From: Eledone cirrhosa | Taxonomy: Eukaryota | Length of the DNA stretch: 64,000 nt | Assembly: GCA_964016885.1 (NCBI GenBank) | Contig: OZ024741.1 | Coordinates: forward strand, 258,416,001 to 258,480,000 | Reading direction: 5' to 3' | Shown here: piece after piece, positions 55,601 to 64,000 of the stretch | How positions within the stretch are numbered: the stretch's first letter is position 1 | Layout of the letters: each line of letters starts with the position of its first letter | The notes under the pieces: model-generated | Told to the model about the DNA's origin: nothing | Database searches by the model: none | What the model saw: only the letters and a program-made list of their open reading frames with translations | Position numbers and translations under genes: made by a program

Positions 55601-56890
55601 TTACGTGTGTTTCCGCTTACGAGTGTTTCGGCTTACGAGTGTTTCGACTTACGAGTATTTCGACTTACGAGTTTTTTTACTTACGGTGTTTCGGCTTACG
55701 AGTGTTTCGACTTATGAGTGTTCTGATTTACGGATGTTTCGACATACGAGTGTTTTGACTTACGGTGTTTCGACTTACGAGTGTTTCGACTTACGAGTGT
55801 TTCGACTTACGGGTGTTTCGACTTACGAGTGTTTCGACTTACGAGTGTTACGACTTACGGGTGTTTCGGCTTACGAGTGTTTCGACTTACGAGTGTTCTG
55901 ACTTACGAGTGTTCTGACTTACGAGTGTTCCGGCTTACGAGTTTTTCGACTTACGAGTGTTTCGACTTACGAGTGTTTCGGCTTACAAGTGTTTCGGCTT
56001 ACGAGTGGTTTGACTTACGAGTGTTCTGACTACGAGTGTTCTGTCTTACGAGTGTTTCGACTTACGAGTGTTTCGGCTTATGAGTGTTTCGACTTACGAG
56101 TGTTTCGGCTTACGAGTGTTTCGACTTACGAGTGTTTCGACTTACGGGTGTTTCGACTTACGAGTGTTTGGACTACGAATGTTTCGACTTACGAGTGTTT
56201 CGGCTTACGAGTGTTTCGACTTATGGGTGTTTCGACTTACGAGTGTTTTTACTTACGGTGTTTCGGCTTACGAGTGTTTCGACATACGAGTGTTTTGACT
56301 TACGGGTGTTTCGACTTACGAGTGTTTCGACTTACGAATGTTTTGACTTACGGGTGTTTCGGCTTACGAGTGTTTCGATTTATGAGTGTTTCGGCTTACG
56401 AGTGTTTCGACTTACTAATGTTTTTACTTACGAGTGTTTCGGCGTACGAGAGTTTTGACTTACGAGTGTTTCTACTTACGAGTGTTTCGACTTACGAGTG
56501 TTTTGACTTACGAATGTTTTGACTTACGGGTGTTTCGGCTTACGAGTGTTTCGACTTACGAGTCTTTCGGCTTACGAGTGTTTCGACTTACTAATGTTTT
56601 TACTTACGAGTGTTTCGGCGTACGAGTGTTTCGACTTACGAGTGTTTCGACTTACGGGTGTTTTGACTTACGGGTGTTTCGGCTTACGAGTGTTTCGACT
56701 TACGAGTGTTTTGACTTAAGGGTGTTTCGACATACGAGTATTTTTGGCTTACGAGTGTTTCGACTTACGAGTGTTTTGACTTACGAGTGTTCTAATTTAC
56801 GGATGTTTCGACATACGAGTGTTTTGACTTACGAGTGTTTCGACTTATGAGTGTTTCGACTTACGAGTGTTTCGGCTTACGAGTGGTTTG
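28440..56890 (+). repeat. ~11.5-kb HOR block 28440-40070 repeated at ~45500-56890 (offset 16.7-17.1 kb)
   Basis: Matching entries at 28565/45624, 30386/47350, 32896/49622, 34332/51122, 37141/53931, 38689/55512 and 39611/56434. Shared variants include GTTTAGACTAC (37591, 54382) and TTACAAGTGTTTTTAC (36432, 53222). Confidence 0.85.
40637..45847 (+). repeat. Tandem duplication of a ~2.6-kb HOR unit (40637-43250, 43251-45847)
   Basis: Offsets are +2614 (GAGTGTATCGG at 40791/43405), +2630 (41240/43870, 41610/44240) and +2583 (42529/45112, 43041/45624). Confidence 0.88.
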
Positions 56891-59800
56891 ACTTACGAGT
56901 GTTCTGAATACGAGTGTTTTGACTTACGAGTATTTCGGCTTATGAGTGTTTCGACTTACGAGTGTTTCGGCTTATGAGTGTTTCGACTTACGTGTGTTTC
57001 GGTTTACGAGTGTTTCGACTTACGAGTGTTTCGACTTACGGGTGTTTCGACTTACGAGTGTTTCGACTACGAGTGTTTCGACTTACGAGTGTTTCGGCTT
57101 ACGAGTGCTTCGACATACGGGTGTTTCGACTTACGATGTTTCGGCTTACGAGTGTTTCGACTTACGAGTATTCTGACTTACGGGTGTTTCGACTTACGGG
57201 TGTTTCGACTTAAGAGTGTTTCGACTTACGAGCGCTTCGACTTACGAGTGTTCTGACTTACGAGTGTTCCGACTTACGAGTGTTTCGGCTTACGAGTGTT
57301 TCGACTTACGAGTGTTCCGGCTTACGCGTGTTTCGACTTACGAGTGTTTCGGCTTATGAGTGTTTCGACTTACGAGTGCTTTGGCTTACGAGTGTTTCGA
57401 CTTACGAGTGTTTCGGCTTACGAGAGTTTCGACTTACGAATGTTTTGGCTTACGAGTGTTTCGGCTTACGAGTGTTTCGACTTACGGGTGTTTCGACTTA
57501 CGGGTGTTCCGACTTAAGAGTGATTCGACTTACGAGCGCTTCGACTTACGAGTGTTCCGACTTACGAGTGTTTCTGCTTACGAGTGTTTCGACTTACGAA
57601 TGTTTCGACTTACGAGTGTTTCGGCTTACGAGTGTTTCGACTTACCAATGTTTTTACTTACGAGTGTTTCGGCGTACGAGTGTTTCGACTTACGAGTGTT
57701 TCGGCTTACGAGTGTTTCGACTTACGAGTGTTTTTACTTAAGGGTGTTTCGACTTACGAGTATTTTTGGCTTACGAGTGTTTCGACTTACGAGTGTTTTG
57801 ACTTACGAGTGTTCTGATTTACGAATGTTTCGACATACGAGTGTTTTGACTTACGATGTTTCGACTTACGAGTGTTTCGACTTACGAGTGTTTCGACTTA
57901 CGGGTGTTTCGACTTACGAGTGTTTCGACTTACGAATGTTTCGACTTACGGGTGTTCCGGCTTACGAGTGTTTCGACTTACGAGGGTTCTGACTTACGAG
58001 GGTTCTGACTTACGAGTGTTCTGACTTACGAGTGTTCCGGCTTACGAGTTTTTCGACTTACGAGTGTTTCGACTTACGAGTGTTTCGACTTACGAGTGTT
58101 TCGGCTTACGAGTGGTTTGACTTACGAGTGTTCTGACTACGAGTGTTCTGACTTACGAGTGTTTCGGCTTATGAGTGTTTCGACTTACGAGTGTTTCGGT
58201 TTATGAGTGTTTCGACTTACGAGTGTTTCGGCTTACGAGTGTTTCGACTTACGAATGTTTCGACTTACGGGTGTTTCGACTTACGAGTGTTTCGTCTACG
58301 AGTGTTTCGACTTACGAGTGTTTCGGCTTACGAGTGTTTCGACATACGGGTGTTTCGACTTACGGTGTTTCGGCTTACGAGTGTTTCGACTTACGAGTGT
58401 TTTGACTTACGAGTGTTCTGACTTACGAGTGTTCCGACTTACGAGTGTTCCGACTTACGAGTGTTTCGGCTTACGAGTGTTTCGGCTTACGAGTGTTTCG
58501 GCTTACGAGTGTTTTGACTTACGAGTGTTCTGACTACGAGTGTTCTGACTTACGGGTGTTCTGACTTACGGTGTTCCGACTTACGAGTGTTTCGGCTAAT
58601 GAGTGTTTCGACTTACGGGCGTTTCGACTTACGGGTGTTTCGAATTACGAGTGTTTTGACTTACGAGTGTTCTGACTTACGAGTGTTTTGACTTACGAGT
58701 GTTCCGACTTACGAGTGTTTCGGCTTACGGGTGTTTCGACGTACGAGTATTTTTGGCTTACGAGTGTTTCGAGTTACGAGTGTTTTGAATTACGATTATT
58801 TCGGCTTACGAGTGTTTCGACTTACGAGTATTTCGACTTACGAGTTTTTTTACTTACGGTGTTTCGGCTTACGAGTGTTTCGACTTACGAGTGTTTCGAC
58901 TTACGGGTGTTTTGACATACGAGTGTTTCGATATGAGTGCTCTGACTTACGAGTGTTCTGACTTACGAGTGTTCTGACTTACGAGTGTTCTGACTTACGG
59001 GTGTTCTGACTTACGTGTGTTCCGACTTACGAGTGTTTCGGCTATGGGTGTTTCGACTTACGAGTGTTTCGACTTACGAATGTTTCAACTTACGGGTGTT
59101 TCGGCTTACGAGTGTTTCGACTTACGAGTGTTCTGACTTACGAGTGTTCTGACTTACGAGTGTTCCGGCTTACGAGTTTTTCGACTTACGAGTGTTTCGA
59201 CTTACGAGTGTTTCGACTTACGAGTGTTTCGGCTTACGAGTGGTTTGACTTACGAGTGTTCTGACTACGAGTGTTCTGACTTACGAGTGTTTCGGCTTAT
59301 GAGTGTTTCGACTTACGAGTGTTTCGGTTTATGAGTGTTTCGACTTACGAGTGTTTCGGCTTACGAGTGTTTCGACTTACGAATGTTTCGACTTACGGGT
59401 GTTTCGAATTACGAGTGTTTCGTCTACGAGTGTTTCGACTTACGAGTGTTTGGGCTTACGAGTGTTTCGACATACGGGTGTTTCGACTTACGGTGTTTCG
59501 GCTTACGAGTGTTTCGACTTACGAGTGTTTCGACTACGAATGTTTCGACTTACGAGTGCTTTGACTTACGAGTGTTCTGACTACGAGTGTTCTGACTTAC
59601 GGGTGTTCTGACTTACGAGTGTTCCGACTTACGAGTGTTTCGGCTAATGAGTGTTTCGACTTACGGGCGTTTCGACTTACGGGTGTTTCGATTTACGAGT
59701 GTTTTGACTTACGAGTGTTCTGACTTACGAGTGTTCTGACTTACGAGAGTTCCGACTTACGACTGTTTCGACTTACGAGTGTTTTGACTTACGAGTGTTC

Positions 59801-62800
59801 CGACTTACGAGTGTTTCGGCTTATGGGTGTTTTGACGTACGAGTATTTTTGGATAACGAGTGTTTCTACTTACGAGTGTTTTGAATTACGATTGTTTCGG
59901 CTTACGAGTGTTTCGACTTACGAGTATTTCGACTTACGAGTTTTTTTACTTACGGTGTTTCGGCTTACGAGTGTTTCGACTTATGAGTGTTCTGATTTAC
60001 GGATGTCTCGACATACGAGTGTTTTGACTTACGGTGTTTCGACTTACGAGTGTTTCGACTTACGGGTGTTTCGACTTACGAGTGTTTCGACTTACGAGTG
60101 TTACGACTTACGGGTGTTTCGGCTTACGAGTGTTTCGACTGCGAGTGTTCTGACTTACGAGTGTTCTGACTTACGAGTGTTCCGGCTTACGAGTTTTTCG
60201 ACTTACGAGTGTTTCGACTTACGAGTGTTTCGGCTTACAAGTGTTTCGGCTTACGAGTGGTTTGACTTACGAGTGTTCTGACTACGAGTGTTCTGTCTTA
60301 CGAGTGTTTCGACTTACGAGTGTTTCGGCTTATGAGTGTTTCGACTTACGAGTGTTTCGGCTTACGAGTCTTTCGACTTACGAGTGTTTCGACTTACGGG
60401 TGTTTCGACTTACGAGTGTTTCGACTACGAATGTTTCGACTTACGAGTGTTTCGGCTTACGAGTGTTTCGACTTATGGGTGTTTCGACTTACGAGTGTTT
60501 TTACTTACGGTGTTTCGGCTTACGAGTGTTTCGACATACGAGTGTTTTGACTTACGGGTGTTTCGACTTACGAGTGTTTCGACTTACGAATGTTTTGACT
60601 TACGGGTGTTTCGGCTTACGAGTGTTTCGATTTATGAGTGTTTCGGCTTACGAGTGTTTCGACTTACTAATGTTTTTACTTACGAGTGTTTCGGCGTACG
60701 AGAGTTTTGACTTACGAGTGTTTCTACTTACGAGTGTTTCGACTTACGAGTGTTTTGACTTACGAATGTTTTGACTTACGGGTGTTTCGGCTTACGAGTG
60801 TTTCGACTTACGAGTCTTTCGGCTTCCGAGTGTTTCGACTTACTAATGTTTTTACTTACGAGTGTTTCGGCGTACGAGTGTTTCGACTTACGAGTGTTTC
60901 GACTTACGGGTGTTTTGACTTACGGGTGTTTCGGCTTACGAGTGTTTCGACTTACGAGTGTTTTGACTTAAGGGTGTTTCGACTTACGAGTATTTTTGGC
61001 TTACGAGTGTTTCGACTTACGAGTGTTTTGACTTACGAGTGTTCTAATTTACGGATGTTTCGACATACGAGTGTTTTGACTTACGAGTGTTTCGACTTAT
61101 GAGTGTTTCGACTTACGAGTGTTTCGGCTTACGAGTGGTTTGACTTACGAGTGTTCTGACTACGAGTGTTTTGACTTACGAGTATTTCGGCTTATGAGTG
61201 TTTCGACTTACGAGTGTTTCGGCTTATGAGTGTTTCGACTTACGTGTGTTTCGGTTTACGAGTGTTTCGACTTACGAGTGTTTCGACTTACGGGTGTTTC
61301 GACTTACGAGTGTTTCGACTACGAGTGTTTCGACTTACGAGTGTTTCGGCTTACGAGTGTTTCCACATACGGGTGTTTCGACTTACGATGTTTCGGCTTA
61401 CGAGTGTTTCGACTTACGAGTATTCTGACTTACGGGTGTTTCGACTTACGGGTGTTTCGACTTAAGAGTGTTTCGACTTACGAGCGCTTCGACTTACGAG
61501 TGTTCTGACTTACGAGTGTTCCGACTTACGAGTGTTTCGGCTTACTAGTGTTTCGACTTACGAGTGTTCCGGCTTACGCGTGTTTCGACTTACGAGTGTT
61601 TCGGCTTATGAGTGTTTCGACTTACGAGTGCTTCGGCTTACGAGTGTTTCGACTTACGAGTGTTTCGGCTTACGAGAGTTTCGACTTACGAATGTTTTGG
61701 CTTACGAGTGTTTCGGCTTACGAGTGTTTCGACTTACGGGTGTTTCGACTTACGGGTGTTCCGACTTAAGAGTGATTCGACTTACGAGCGCTTCGACTTA
61801 CGAGTGTTCCGACTTACGAGTGTTTCTGCTTACGAGTGTTTCGACTTACGAATGTTTCGACTTACGAGTGTTTCGGCTTAAGAGTGTTTCGACTTACTAA
61901 TGTTTTTACTTACGAGTGTTTCGGCGTACGAGTGTTTCGACTTACGAGTGTTTCGGCTTACGAGTGTTTCGACTTACGAGTGTTTTTACGTAAGGGTGTT
62001 TCGACTTACGAGTATTTTTGGCTTACGAGTGTTTCGACTTACGAGTGTTTTGACTTACGAGTGTTCTGATTTACGAATGTTTCGACATACGAGTGTTTTG
62101 ACTTACGATGTTTCGACTTACGAGTGTTTCGACTTACGAGTGTTTCGACTTACGGGTGTTTCGACTTACGGGTGTTTCGACTTACGAGTGTTTTGACTTA
62201 CGAGTGTTCTGATTTACGAATGTTTCGACATACGAATGTTTCGACTTACGGGTGTTCCGGCTTACGAGTGTTTCGACTTACGAGTGTTCTGACTTACGAG
62301 TGTTCTGACTTACGAGTGTTCCGGCTTACGAGTTTTTCGACTTACGAGTGTTTCGACTTACGAGTGTTTCTACTTACGAGTGTTTCGGCTTACGAGTGGT
62401 TTGACTTACGAGTGTTCTGACTACGAGTGTTCTGACTTACGAGTGTTCTGACTTACGAGTGTTCCGGCTTACGAGTTTTTCGACTTACGAGTGTTTCGAC
62501 TTACGAGTGTTTCGACTTACGAGTGTTTCGACTTGCGAGTGTTTCGACTACGGGTGTTTCGACTTACGAATGTTTTGACTTACGGATGTTTTGACTTACG
62601 GGTGTTTCGGCTTACGAGTGTTTCGACTTACGAGTGTTCTGACTTACGAGTGTTCTGACTTACGAGTGTTCTGACTTACGAGTGTTCCGACTTACGAGTG
62701 TTTCGGCTTTCGAGTGTTTCGACTTACGAGTGTTTCGGGTTACGAGTGTTTCGACATACGAATGTTTTCGCTTACGAGTGTTTCCGCTTAGGAGTGTTTC

Positions 62801-64000
62801 GACTTACGAGTGTTTCGACTTACGAGTGTTTTGACTTACGGTTTTTCGGCTTGCGAGTGTTTCGACATACGAGTGTTTTGACTTACGGGCATTTCGACTT
62901 ACGGGTGTTTCGACTTACGAGTGTTTCGACTTACGAGTGTTCTGACTTACGAGTGTTCTGACTTGCGAGTGTTCCGACTTACGAGTGCTTGGGCTTACGA
63001 GTGTTTCGACATACGAGTGTTTTGACTTACGGATGTTTCAACTTACGGGTGTTTCGACTTACGAGTGTTTCGACTTACGAGTGTTCTGACTACGAGTGTT
63101 CTGACTTACGGGTGCTCTGACTTACGAGTGTTTCGACTTACGAGTGTTTCGACTTACGAGTGTTTCGGCTTACGAGTGTTTCGACTTACGAGTGTTTTGA
63201 CTTACGAATGTTTTGCCTTACGGGTGTTCCGGTTTACGAGTGTTTCGACTTACGAGTATTCTGACTTACGAGTGTTCCGACTTACGGGTGTTTCGACTTA
63301 CGAGTGTTTCGACTTACGAGTGTTCCGACCTATGAGGGTTTCGGCTTACTGGTGTTCCGACTTACGAGTATTTTCGGCTGACGAGTGTTTCGAGTTACGA
63401 GTGTTTTGACTTACGATTGTTTCGGCCTACGAGTGTTTCGGCTTACGAGTGTTTTGATTTACGAGTGTTTTGACTTACGGGTGTTTCGACTTACGCGTGT
63501 TTCGACTTACGAGTGTTTCGACTTACGAGTGTTCCGACTTACGAGTGTTTCGGCTATGAGTGTTTTGACTTACGGGTGTTTCGACTTACGGGTGTTTCGA
63601 CTTACGAGTGTTTCGACTTACGTGTGTTTCCGCTTACGAGTGTTTCGGCTTACGAGTGTTTCGAATTACGAGTGTTTTGGCTTACGAATGTTTTGACTTA
63701 CGGGTGTTTCGGTGTACGAGTGTTTCGACTTAAGGATGTTTCGACTTACGAGTGTTTCGACTTACGAGTGTTTCGACTTACGAGTGTTCTGACTTACGAG
63801 TGTTACGAGTTACGAGTGTTCCGACTTACGAGTGTTTCGGCTTACGAGTGTTTCGGCTTACGAGTGTTTCGGCTTACGAGTGTTTTGACTTACGAGTGTT
63901 CTGACTACGAGTGTTCTGACTTACGGGTGTTCTGACTTACGAGTGTTCCGACTTACGAGTGTTTCGGCTAATGAGTGTTTCGACTTACGGGCGTTTCGAC
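45500..64000 (+). repeat. Tandem ~11.3-11.6-kb HOR (second copy starts ~56830 and is truncated by the window end)
   Basis: Offsets are +11322 (45624/56946, 46038/57360), +11338 (46837/58175, 48446/59784) and +11576 (49110/60686, 51937/63513). A private doubled GAGGGTTCTGAC variant occurs at 46660 and 57982. Confidence 0.9.

Larger units (their letters stand above)
15681..64000 (+). repeat. 16-bp satellite array, right block (~3,000 monomers, same orientation, open at the window end)
   Basis: The array resumes at GTGTTTCGACTTACGAG (15681) and runs to 64000. I saw no other unique sequence and no strand inversion. Confidence 0.99.

Noticed and set aside
215-63935. Hundreds of + strand ORFs encoding (FRLTSVSTYECFDLRV)n
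   Set aside because: A stop-free 16-mer gives the same 16-aa cycle in all three frames. The ORFs overlap, start mostly at GTG/TTG, end at random TGA variants and shift frame at 15-bp monomers. Their absence on the - strand is explained by TAA in each monomer.
1-64000. CRISPR array
   Set aside because: There are no unique spacers and no cas genes; the monomers are directly adjacent.
1-64000. Telomeric repeat (long yeast-type unit)
   Set aside because: The unit lacks G-runs, and the kb-scale HORs with inherited variants indicate recombinational amplification rather than templated addition. An internal TE-like island is also present.

Overview
This window is eukaryotic-type satellite DNA with no credible protein-coding or RNA genes. 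About 99% of it is a head-to-tail array, all in one orientation, of a 16-bp monomer (consensus GACTTACGAGTGTTTC; roughly 4,000 copies by length/16). The array is organised into nested kilobase-scale higher-order repeats with offsets of about 2.6, 3.3, 6.4, 7.7, 9.8, 11.3-11.6 and 16.8-17 kb. The listed ORFs are artefacts: the consensus 16-mer has no stop in any + frame, while the - strand carries TAA in every monomer. The only non-satellite sequence is a ~740-bp AT-rich island at 14942-15680. It contains a Helitron-type 3' end (GC-rich hairpin ending in CTAG at 15240) fused directly to a Helitron-type 5' end (TCTATATATATAAAA followed by a GTCT microsatellite, from 15241). The termini therefore meet in the middle of the island and satellite lies on both outer sides. 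The most interesting reading, which is inference, is that the satellite is the hugely expanded internal repeat of non-autonomous rolling-circle elements joined tail-to-head. HOR boundaries are approximate and were taken from offsets between matching ORF-track entries plus spot-checked diagnostic variants.
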